DNA of 64,000 bases from Phycisphaerales bacterium (GTDB taxonomy: Bacteria > Planctomycetota > Phycisphaerae > Phycisphaerales > UBA1924), in contig DASPKL010000004.1 in the NCBI GenBank assembly GCA_035628115.1, forward strand, positions 13,001 through 77,000. The letters are read 5' to 3'. The position numbers were made by a program, and so were the translations under genes. The notes beneath the pieces were generated by a model, which saw nothing but the letters and a program-made list of their open reading frames with translations, had not been told where the DNA came from and did not search any database. Below, one piece after another: positions 36,831 through 44,282 of the stretch (the stretch's first letter is position 1; every line of letters starts with the position of its first letter).

Positions 36831-37724
36831 ATGCTCAACAAGCACCAGATTATTTCAGAACTTAAAGAGCAAATTTTGATTGCTGGGCACGAGCCCACCG
36901 CTCAGTTCTTTGCAGAGAAAGGCGAACCAAAACGATTCGATGATGGCAGTGCCCTGATACTGCAGGGAGATACTACCGATTCTGTTTTCTTTATCCTAGC
37001 CGGTCGGGTCGACGTATTTGTGAATCACCGATATGTCGGCAGTCGGCAGAAACGTGAGCATGTGGGCGAGATGGCACTGCTCCACCCTGCTTTGGCTCGA
37101 TCGGCAACCGTACAGGCGGTCGGTAGCGTGACTGCACTGGAGGTGTCATCCGTAGATTTCATTCATGCGGCAAACAAGCACCCTCCCATCTGGTTGTCCA
37201 TCGCGAGAACATTGGCTGAGCGACTTCGCGAACGCGAGAAGTTGCTCCGCCCGAAGAACCCGAAGCCTGTGATATTCATTGGCTGCGCGTCGGAATCAAA
37301 GGTCATTGCCGACTTGGTGGTTCAACAGTTCGAGTACGACAAAGCCAAGTTTGACGTAGTGCCTTGGTACCACGGCGTGTTTGGTCCGAGCCGATACACT
37401 ATTGATGATTTGATGAAGCAGGTAGACAGGGCCGACTTCGCACTGTTCGTATTCCATCCCGAGGACGTTATCACCAGTCGGGGTGCTTCGACCGACGCGC
37501 CTCGTGACAATGTTGTTTTTGAGCTTGGACTGTTCATGGGGCGAGTAGGACGCGAGCGCGTGTTTATGCTTCAGCCGCACGGCATAGATCTGAAAATCCC
37601 TTCGGATCTCACCGGCATGGCTCCGCTCAAGTACACGACCGGCACCGGCGGTCCGAAACCAGCCGACATGATAACCCCAATTAATTTACTGAAAGAGATC
37701 GTCCTGAAGGAGGGCGGTCGGTAG
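36831..37724 (+). CDS. cyclic-nucleotide-binding domain fused to a TIR-like (CAP12/PycTIR-type) effector domain
   Basis: The N-terminal half carries a CAP/cNMP phosphate-binding cassette, GEMALLHPALARSATVQA, preceded by LILQGDTTDSVFFILAGRVDV. The C-terminal half has VIFIGCASES..., PRDNVVFELGLFMGRVGRERVFML and LKIPSDLTGMAPLKY. These match my recollection of the 'predicted nucleotide-binding protein containing TIR-like domain' family used by CBASS/Pycsar effectors. Confidence 0.8.
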   Translation: MLNKHQIISELKEQILIAGHEPTAQFFAEKGEPKRFDDGSALILQGDTTDSVFFILAGRVDVFVNHRYVGSRQKREHVGEMALLHPALARSATVQAVGSVTALEVSSVDFIHAANKHPPIWLSIARTLAERLREREKLLRPKNPKPVIFIGCASESKVIADLVVQQFEYDKAKFDVVPWYHGVFGPSRYTIDDLMKQVDRADFALFVFHPEDVITSRGASTDAPRDNVVFELGLFMGRVGRERVFMLQPHGIDLKIPSDLTGMAPLKYTTGTGGPKPADMITPINLLKEIVLKEGGR

Positions 37725-38250
37725 TGGCCTTGCGTTCACACGCGGTGTGCGACAGGTAGCTGCCCCGAAGTGTCCGTGGATGCTCCCTTATGCGCATTAT
37801 CGCGTACTCGATCGAGCCGAGGTAGCCGTGATTCCAGTAGTCCCACTCAGCTGGCCAGTTCGTGAGGCCCCGGAGATGTGCGTCGTAGTGGCGGTTGATC
37901 AATGACGTCACGTCATTCACGAACCACTCGCAGCCCTCGTCGACGATGGCACGCGCGGGCTTCCCCTTCCAAGCCATCATGTGTCGCCATACATCCACAA
38001 GAGTCCAGCACATAGGCGGTCCATTGTGCCACTCGGAGCCGGTCTTCATCCAAGGCTCGTAGCACGCCGCTATAGGACCTTTGCGCTTGAGATCGCGAAA
38101 GCTCCATGGCACATGCACAACAATCGGCGCCAAGACTGCAGGTGCGTCGAGTCGACCAGCGACGCGGTACCACTTGCCCGTGACGGGGCTAATGGATGGC
38201 TCGCGAAGCCGTAAAGCCAGCTTCTTGGCGAAGCGAAACGAGTGACTCAT
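37681..38250 (-). CDS. hypothetical 189-aa Trp-rich soluble protein, translationally coupled to the tandem cyclase
   Basis: ATG 38248-38250 overlaps the TGA (38247-38249) of the upstream gene. It has 11 Trp in 189 aa, no TM segment and no recognisable motif. The last 44 nt overlap the 3' end of the convergent TIR gene. Confidence 0.6.
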   Translation of the reverse strand: MSHSFRFAKKLALRLREPSISPVTGKWYRVAGRLDAPAVLAPIVVHVPWSFRDLKRKGPIAACYEPWMKTGSEWHNGPPMCWTLVDVWRHMMAWKGKPARAIVDEGCEWFVNDVTSLINRHYDAHLRGLTNWPAEWDYWNHGYLGSIEYAIMRIREHPRTLRGSYLSHTACERKATTDRPPSGRSLSVN

Positions 38251-39701
38251 GGATGGTGGGGCTTGCTGCTGAACGTTTGGTATTGCCCCGGCGCGACGGA
38301 AACGCGCGTTTGCGCCGGTGCAGCAGCAGCTGAAGCACGAACACGATTTAGCCCCAAAGCACTCGCTTTCTTGAACAACGTTGAAGGCTGAGCGCGGACA
38401 GTGACTGCTGTTTCGAACGCTCGCTTGTAGCTGTCGTGCAAGCGGTCCCAGTCGACTTTGTAGAGGACGAGTTCGCTGGCCTTCGGGTTGATATCACCAA
38501 ACGCTTGGGCGCTTCGCCCAACGCCCTCCCCTGCACCGACCAAGAAGCGCCGGCCTGCCAGAATCACGGCACCCAAATAGACATTGCCGCCAGCGTTGCC
38601 GTGCACCGTACCACCCGCGACCCCGTACGCCCATCCCCCGAAACCACACCCACCTGCCCGGTCGCCCATTTCTTTCTCGAAGTCGAGCGCCAGCTCGACG
38701 AGGCGCTTCGGTGCGGCGTCGTCATAGCTGTCCCGTGTAGCGAAAACGGCAGCGGCTGTGAAGTTGTCGCCCGCCCATGGCAATTGCACCATGCTCTCCT
38801 TGTGGCGCGCGGTAAAGTCGGCAGCGCACTGCATGACCTGGTAGAACTCTGTCGCCAAGGCCTGTAGCTTGGCATCGTCGTTCATGCACTGTTCAACCCG
38901 CTTCGTGAAGCCGTCGAGGTCCGCCCTCATCAGCCACCCGAAGTAGATCTCGGGCTTGTCGGCAACCGGGTCGCCGAAGTCCACCGGCACCGCGCGGGCG
39001 ACCGTCTCTTTCAGGCCGCTTCGAGCCTCCTTATACAGAACCTGTGGCGAGAATTGACGGGCTTCTCTCACCATACCGACGGAATCATCAAGCCTGACTC
39101 TGATCTTGGCGAGGTCTTCAATGACCCACTCCCTTCTCGTCGGGTGCCAGCAGCCGATGTGGAAGTCCTTCAAAGCGCGGTCTTCCTTGTTGCGCTCAAG
39201 CTGCGAATACAGGTACTTCGCAGGCCGGTTGGCAGCGGTGCCCAACGAGACCCACGAGTCGTCGCCGTGCACCCCCCGCTGGGAGACTACCAGTGTCTTG
39301 CCGACATCCATGGTCATGCACCAGCTCTGAACGCGCGATGCGCGGTCGTCGAAGACGCCGTTGTAGATCTGGTGCAACTCTCCAGCGAAGGAGAGAAGCG
39401 GCTCGAAGTCGTCGTTCCCCACAGGGATGCCGATGTGGAGCAGGGATCCCTGAACCTCCATCAGCGTTCCGCCCCGTCGGTCCGCGAGCATCTGAGCGGC
39501 ATGCGATGCACGAGCGACCGAGCGAAGAAACGCCCTTGCGTCATCTGCCGTTGTGGCGTTCTCGTACTTCGGTTGGAAGTCGAGCTTCACGTAGAGGTGT
39601 GCGAGGAGGACCGGTGAGAACGGGAAGCTCCCGGCTTGCTTTCTCGCTTCGAACAGGTCCTTGAAGTCCTTCGCCCGCTCCGCCTTGATCGTTGTCGGCA
39701 T
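38247..39701 (-). CDS. tandem class III nucleotidyl-cyclase-homology protein (degenerate N-domain + catalytic-looking C-domain)
   Basis: ATG 39699-39701 is preceded by GGAG (cacGGAGtagaaccaATG). The C-domain has LMRADLDGFT and AGDNFTAAAVF (the two metal-Asp motifs) plus GVAGGTVHGNAGGNVYLGAV. The N-domain has the same layout (LYVKLDFQPKY, VQGSLLHIGIP, MTMDVGKTLVV...LGTAANRPAKYL), but both Asp positions are substituted. Confidence 0.65.
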   Translation of the reverse strand: MPTTIKAERAKDFKDLFEARKQAGSFPFSPVLLAHLYVKLDFQPKYENATTADDARAFLRSVARASHAAQMLADRRGGTLMEVQGSLLHIGIPVGNDDFEPLLSFAGELHQIYNGVFDDRASRVQSWCMTMDVGKTLVVSQRGVHGDDSWVSLGTAANRPAKYLYSQLERNKEDRALKDFHIGCWHPTRREWVIEDLAKIRVRLDDSVGMVREARQFSPQVLYKEARSGLKETVARAVPVDFGDPVADKPEIYFGWLMRADLDGFTKRVEQCMNDDAKLQALATEFYQVMQCAADFTARHKESMVQLPWAGDNFTAAAVFATRDSYDDAAPKRLVELALDFEKEMGDRAGGCGFGGWAYGVAGGTVHGNAGGNVYLGAVILAGRRFLVGAGEGVGRSAQAFGDINPKASELVLYKVDWDRLHDSYKRAFETAVTVRAQPSTLFKKASALGLNRVRASAAAAPAQTRVSVAPGQYQTFSSKPHHP

Positions 39702-40175
39702 TGGTTCTACTCCGTGACTGCGGCCTAACCGGGCAGAGGGCAACCCCCGTGCCAAAAAGAACTAGTCGGAATTCGGGGGGTAACGGCCCCCTAGCGGCCC
39801 GCCTACGCGGGCGGTCGTGACACCCGGTGGCACCCGGTTGTTGGAGTCTGCCAGAACGGCAGCGTAACCTATGGTTCATTCTGTAACCAAGCTCAACAGC
39901 TGGACTTCTGGACCCCCTAAAGGTGGTCAAGAGACGGCGGCTGCGACGATCCCCAGTGAGATCTTTTCCAAGAGCTACCCACAGCTTCATCTCCGGCTGC
40001 ACCACCCCCTTTTCTCTTGGCCCCGCGCGCCAGCGGGCGGTCCGGGCAGCGTGGGGCTTGAGAAGGAGCAGTGTGCGGTGAACAGACAGCCCGATCGTCG
40101 GACAGAGTGTGCAAAGTCGGTGCGGATGGCCGAGGTCGACAAATGTTGCGGAGACTTGTAGCGGTATCAGGAGCT

Positions 40176-40886
40176 TTACAGGCTCCAGTAGTACGACGAG
40201 CGGTAAATCCGCAGGCTCGGGTGGGCGTTCCAAGTTCGTTCTTCCCACATGCTTTTCGAACCATCCGTGGTCACCTTGACGGTGGAGGCGATTCTATCGA
40301 ACACGTCGCCAGTGATCCAAGTCGAGTAAATGCCATCCCGAAGTGAACACAACTTGGCCGCGTAGTTGGCCGCACGCCCGACCCACACGAGGTCATTCGC
40401 GCCACGAATGCCCGTCCGCGCGACCATAAGTTTGCTCGTATCAATGCCGACTGAGTGTCGCACTTCAAAGTCTTTCAGATTATCCTTGTAGTAGTCCTTG
40501 AGCGCGGGGTTGATGATCTTGGTCACCGCATGATTTATCGCCAAAGCAGCACGGACGGCGGCAGTGTTCTTTGACTCGCCAATAAAAATGCCCATCACCC
40601 GGTCGCCGTCAAACGCGGTGATCTCGCCTTTCTGGTTCCTGATTATCCGACAGGCACAGTTCAAGTAGCATTTGTACACGTCAGCAGCGAAAGTGGCTTT
40701 GTACTTGTTCACCAGATTCGTGCTCTCCGCAAGGTCCGCGTACAAGCACGTGGCGTCTAGGCTTACCCCGGTGCTTCCAAGCTCGATGTCTTCTGTCTCT
40801 GGAACAACCCGACCGTCTGTCATCGTCCACTGGGCCTTGATGATCTTGTTGACTTCCGCGTTGAGATCCTCAGTCATCCCCATCAT
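40176..40886 (-). CDS. single-domain class III nucleotidyl cyclase, Pycsar PycC-like
   Basis: 236 aa with CLYADLAESTNL, ITAFDGDRVMGIFIG, AAVRAALAI and VGIDTSKLMVARTGIRGANDLVWVGRAANYAAKL. This is the typical CHD layout without extra domains. Confidence 0.8.
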   Translation of the reverse strand: MMGMTEDLNAEVNKIIKAQWTMTDGRVVPETEDIELGSTGVSLDATCLYADLAESTNLVNKYKATFAADVYKCYLNCACRIIRNQKGEITAFDGDRVMGIFIGESKNTAAVRAALAINHAVTKIINPALKDYYKDNLKDFEVRHSVGIDTSKLMVARTGIRGANDLVWVGRAANYAAKLCSLRDGIYSTWITGDVFDRIASTVKVTTDGSKSMWEERTWNAHPSLRIYRSSYYWSL

Positions 40887-41408
40887 TCACCCCTGATAGA
40901 GGCCGTAGCAGGCAACCAGCCAAATCGGCGTTCCCGCGAAGAGCCAACCCATAGCGTGCCGCACTGCCCTGTACTTCGCCGTCGCGATCTGTGCATTACG
41001 GTGAGTTTGGAGGATTAAGTCTTCCAAATACTTTCTGTCCGAGCGGCCTTTAACTGCCGCGTCGTATTGAATGGCTGTCATAGACGCAATTCCGCGGAAG
41101 AATATCAATGATCCCTGGGGGCCGACTGTCTGGGGAAAGGTCGCGGCTGCCGACCATGCGATAGAGAAAAGCATTGGTACACTTGCAGCTCCCATGAGAA
41201 CGCCGGACTGCCAAGTAATGCATTCCGGACCCGGAGACACGGTTCCAGCCACGGCAAGCATAGCTGTCGCCACGCCGATCACGACTGGTGTCTTACTGTC
41301 CACGGCGCGAATCCAGTCCAACTGGTGCTGGAAAACAGCTTCTTGGCGAGTGATGGCGCTACTAATGTCCGGGACATCGGGAGTCTGGCCAATCGTTGCT
41401 TCTGGCAT
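40887..41408 (-). CDS. small multi-TM protein, Pycsar PycTM-like effector candidate
   Basis: ATG at 41406-41408. The maximal ORF starts at TTG 41438. About 173 aa, with an N-terminal helix QHQLDWIRAVDSKT followed by TM segments PVVIGVATAMLAVAG and GVLMGAASVPMLFSIAWSAAA, plus a C-terminal TM segment WLFAGTPIWLVACYGL. The stop abuts the cyclase ATG (TGAATG). Confidence 0.6.
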   Translation of the reverse strand: MPEATIGQTPDVPDISSAITRQEAVFQHQLDWIRAVDSKTPVVIGVATAMLAVAGTVSPGPECITWQSGVLMGAASVPMLFSIAWSAAATFPQTVGPQGSLIFFRGIASMTAIQYDAAVKGRSDRKYLEDLILQTHRNAQIATAKYRAVRHAMGWLFAGTPIWLVACYGLYQG

Positions 41409-41642
41409 GTCAATGTTCCGTCGGGCGACCGGTGACAAACTGACCGTCGCCTCGGCAAGTCAAAGAGGCCATTGATGGCAGGGAGAGTAACCGCCATGCG
41501 TCTGGCCAACCGATCATACCCTATGCTGAACTGTCCCGAACGCAAGCATTGTCACACGGTAAGAGGTAGTCGCTCCGCGCCCCTCCGCGACCTCGGCGTT
41601 CAAATCTGTGCGAAAGACCGGCGGGGACCACCGGGCCACGCA

Positions 41643-41728
41643 GGAACGCCCTCCCTGACGGTCGGGCTCCCTGTTGAGCGCGCCGTCGGCTGAATCCATC
41701 TCTTCCCGCTCTGCGCCTCTGCGGTGAA
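41643..41728. repeat. right 86-nt inverted repeat bounding the low-GC island
   Basis: Reverse complement of 36605-36690 (see that feature). It lies 140 nt upstream of paralog R, in the same relative orientation as the left copy has to paralog L. Confidence 0.8.
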
Positions 41729-41868
41729 TCTTCCCGGTTCGTCTTCAGCACCATCCCCCGTTGCCCGATCCCCCGTTCTGTTCCCCCCGCGTGCCGGTGG
41801 ACGGCCCGGGCAGCGGCGGGGCTTGAACGCGTGCGGGCCGACGAATCCACAGACAGGAGCGTGTTCTG

Positions 41869-42528
41869 ATGGCAGATTACATCCCGGGCCCCGACGCCGA
41901 CTTCAACGTCTGGCAGAACAACTTCGTCACCTACGCCAACGCCAACCTCGCCGCCCTCGGCCTCGTCGCCGCGGACATGTCGCCGATCACCAGCGCCCAG
42001 TCAACCTGGGCCACCAACTTCCCCGCCCACGTCGCCGCGAAGCAGGCGGCGCAGGCCGCCAAGGCCGCCAAGGACGACGCCCGCCGCGCCTACGTCGCGG
42101 TCATCCGCCCCCTCGTCCGCCGCCTGCAGGCCTCGACCCAGGTGAGCGACGCCGAGCGCGCCTCGCTGGGGATCACCGTCGAGCAGACGCCCGCGCCCAT
42201 CGGCCCCCCGGCCACCGCCCCTGTCTGCTCGATCGAGTGCGGGGCCCGGTTGCAGCACACGCTCCGCTTCGTGGACGAGACCACGCCCACGCGGCGTGCC
42301 AAGCCCCCGGGCGTGCTGGGCGTCGAGATCTGGCACAAGGTGGGCACCACGCCCCCGGCCAACGAGGGCGAGCTGCGCTTCGTCGCGGTGGACACCAACG
42401 CCCCGTACGTCGTCAGCTACGACGCCGCGGACGGCGGCAAGACCGCGTACTACTGGCTGCGCTGGATCTCCCCCAGCGGCGAACGCGGCCCCTGGGGCGA
42501 GCAGTCCCAGGCGACGATCGCGGCCTAA
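41869..42528 (+). CDS. hypothetical protein, island-flanking paralog R
   Basis: 219 aa, MADYIPGPDADFNVWQNNF... It is alignable end to end with 35589-36263. Both end in ...WGE...AT[IV]AA. Confidence 0.75.
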   Translation: MADYIPGPDADFNVWQNNFVTYANANLAALGLVAADMSPITSAQSTWATNFPAHVAAKQAAQAAKAAKDDARRAYVAVIRPLVRRLQASTQVSDAERASLGITVEQTPAPIGPPATAPVCSIECGARLQHTLRFVDETTPTRRAKPPGVLGVEIWHKVGTTPPANEGELRFVAVDTNAPYVVSYDAADGGKTAYYWLRWISPSGERGPWGEQSQATIAA

Positions 42529-42536
42529 GAGGCAAA

Positions 42537-42622
42537 GCGGAAAACAGAAAAAGTGGGAAAGAGGAAAACGGAGGGCCGGCCCGCGCGGCCCTTCTTCACT
42601 TTCCTCGTTTTCGATTTCCCGC
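42537..42622. repeat. 86-bp imperfect palindrome between convergent genes
   Basis: GCGGAAAACAGAAAAAGTGGGAAAGAGGAAAACGGAGGGCCG // CGGCCCTTCTTCACTTTCCTCGTTTTCGATTTCCCGC, centred on GGCCGGCCCGCGCGGCC. Confidence 0.6.
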
Positions 42623-42673
42623 TTCTCCGCTCTGGCCTCGCCCCCGCGCGCCCAATCCAATTCCTCTCTTCTT

Positions 42674-42703
42674 CCTCTGTGCTCTCTGTGTCTCTGTGGT
42701 GAA
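42674..42703. repeat. family A end motif, solo copy (CCTCTGTGCTCTCTGTGTCTCTGTGGTGAA)
   Basis: It matches 31782-31809 and the reverse complement of 36605-36632. Confidence 0.7.
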
Positions 42704-42764
42704 TCGGCCCACCCGCGGCCCGCGCACCCGCTCCGTCTCTCCGTCTCTTCATCTCTTCTTCCCA

Positions 42765-44267
42765 CTACTTGATCGTTACGTCGTAATACAGCCCGTTCTT
42801 CTCCCGCGTCACCGCCCCGGCGAACTTCGACCAGACCCCGTTCGTCACGCCGTCGGGCGCGGGGCGCTTCGAGGGCTCCTTCTCGTCGGGCTCGCTTGTC
42901 AGGACGCGCCCGCGGCAGCGGCGGCGCAGCTCCGTCATCAGGTCCTTCTCCGGGATCTTTTTCCACCCGCTCGCGACCGCGTGCGCCCTGCTCACCGGCA
43001 CGAACGCGGCGAGGTCCGGGCTGTCCATCATCTCCAGGCCCTGGGCCTTCATCGTCCCGTTGTGCGAGCCGTGGTGCCCGACCTTGTAGAGGGCCACGCG
43101 CTTGAAGATGTCGGCGATCGTCACGATCCCGTCGTTGTCCGTGTCGAGCTTCGAGGCCGCGCCGCTCGGCAGCCGGAACTTGAGCGTCTGCCACGAGCGC
43201 CAGCTCCCCGTCTGCGCGTCCCCCGGGAAGAAGAGGACGCGCCCCGTCTCCACGATCTCGAAGGCCAGCGCGAGGGAGGTGTTGTTGATCCCGACGTCCA
43301 GCTGCAGCGCGAGGCGACCCGTGCTCGTCAGCCAGTCGTTGTCGATGCACCGCCATTCCTCGACGTCCACGCCCTCGTAGAGGTCGCGGATCGCGGCGTT
43401 CCGCTCCTTCGCGTCGCGGGCCCTGCGGGCGCACCAGCGCGGGGCGAAGGGGCGGAACGCGTCGTCGTCCCACGAGCCCGCCGCGGCGATCGCGGCGAGC
43501 CCCAGCGCCGGGCTCGCGGCGTACGCCTCGCCCTCGTCCGGGTTCTCCTTGTAGAGGAAGTTGTAGTTCTTGGGGGGGCCGAGCACGTACATGCGCAGCC
43601 CCGGGATCCCCGCGGGCTCCTCCTCGACGACGCCGGGCTCGAAGAACGTCGGCGTGCGGACGAGCCGCAGGGCCGCGTCCATCGCCTTGTCCACGCTCGC
43701 CGAGAGCTTCTTGCTCTCGAGCCTGAGGTCCGCCGCGGTCTTGCCGTCCGCCCCGGCGTCGAAGCCGAGGAAGCCGAGCTTGTCGCGCACGATCGCGGTG
43801 TCGCGGCGGTTGGTGAGGCCGGCCTCGGTCATCCGCCCGAGCGCCGCGCCGAGCGCGGCGAAGCCCGCCTTCTTCTCGTTGTCGAGCGTTTTCGCGAAGT
43901 CGTCCCCGGGATTCTCCGTCCAGGCCGCCCACACCTCGCCGACCCTGATCGATCGCTTGAAGTCGTCGATGGCGAGGTCGAAGCCGCAGACATGGTCGTA
44001 GTGCTCGTGCGTGACGGCGAGGGCGTCGAGCTTGCCGCCCGTCGCCTTCGCGATGTCGGCGATCACCTTCTTGAAGAGCGCGGGCTTGGCGTCGGCCTTG
44101 ACGACGACGCCGCAGTCGATCATGACGTACTTCACCTGCCCGCCCTTCAGACGGAAGGCGAAGAGGAAGCAATCGCCGAAGCCCATGCGGTAGCAGCGGA
44201 CGGTGACGCTCCCCGGCGGCGGGCTGAGCGTGGGCGCCGTCGTGGCGGCGGGGTTCTTCTTGGCCAT
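42765..44267 (-). CDS. metallo-beta-lactamase-fold hydrolase, ComEC-type (putative nuclease)
   Basis: 500 aa with the MBL motif AVTHEHYDHVCGF, a later FFPGDAQ, and the late motif LYKVGHHGSHNGT characteristic of ComEC/Rec2-like MBL domains. No signal peptide. Confidence 0.8.
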   Translation of the reverse strand: MAKKNPAATTAPTLSPPPGSVTVRCYRMGFGDCFLFAFRLKGGQVKYVMIDCGVVVKADAKPALFKKVIADIAKATGGKLDALAVTHEHYDHVCGFDLAIDDFKRSIRVGEVWAAWTENPGDDFAKTLDNEKKAGFAALGAALGRMTEAGLTNRRDTAIVRDKLGFLGFDAGADGKTAADLRLESKKLSASVDKAMDAALRLVRTPTFFEPGVVEEEPAGIPGLRMYVLGPPKNYNFLYKENPDEGEAYAASPALGLAAIAAAGSWDDDAFRPFAPRWCARRARDAKERNAAIRDLYEGVDVEEWRCIDNDWLTSTGRLALQLDVGINNTSLALAFEIVETGRVLFFPGDAQTGSWRSWQTLKFRLPSGAASKLDTDNDGIVTIADIFKRVALYKVGHHGSHNGTMKAQGLEMMDSPDLAAFVPVSRAHAVASGWKKIPEKDLMTELRRRCRGRVLTSEPDEKEPSKRPAPDGVTNGVWSKFAGAVTREKNGLYYDVTIK

Positions 44268-44282
44268 GGGTCTGCTCCCGGT

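Noticed and set aside
39762-39775. Adjacent SpeI and EcoRI sites (ACTAGTCGGAATTC) in the island gap, considered as a hint of an engineered or cloning junction
   Set aside because: No other vector-like sequence or polylinker context is present. Two 6-mers can occur by chance in a region of about 50% GC. The flanking inverted repeats argue for a natural insertion.
39871-40264. Small ORFs in the island gap (96 aa plus strand, 115 aa minus strand)
   Set aside because: They overlap each other and the 3' end of the PycC-like gene. They have no RBS, odd Cys/Arg/Pro-rich composition and no motifs.
41598-41606. tRNA-like T-loop string GTTCAAATC followed about 20 nt later by ...GGGGACCA, at the right edge of the island (a possible tRNA or attachment-site remnant)
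   Set aside because: The flanking bases do not form a T-stem (CGGCG versus CTGTG) or a 7-bp acceptor stem, and no cloverleaf can be drawn. It is at best a degenerate fragment. No integrase is present.
36691-41642. Search for an integrase, transposase or recombinase inside or next to the island
   Set aside because: None of the five island ORFs or the immediate neighbours shows DDE, tyrosine- or serine-recombinase motifs. Mobility therefore remains inferred only from composition and the inverted repeats.
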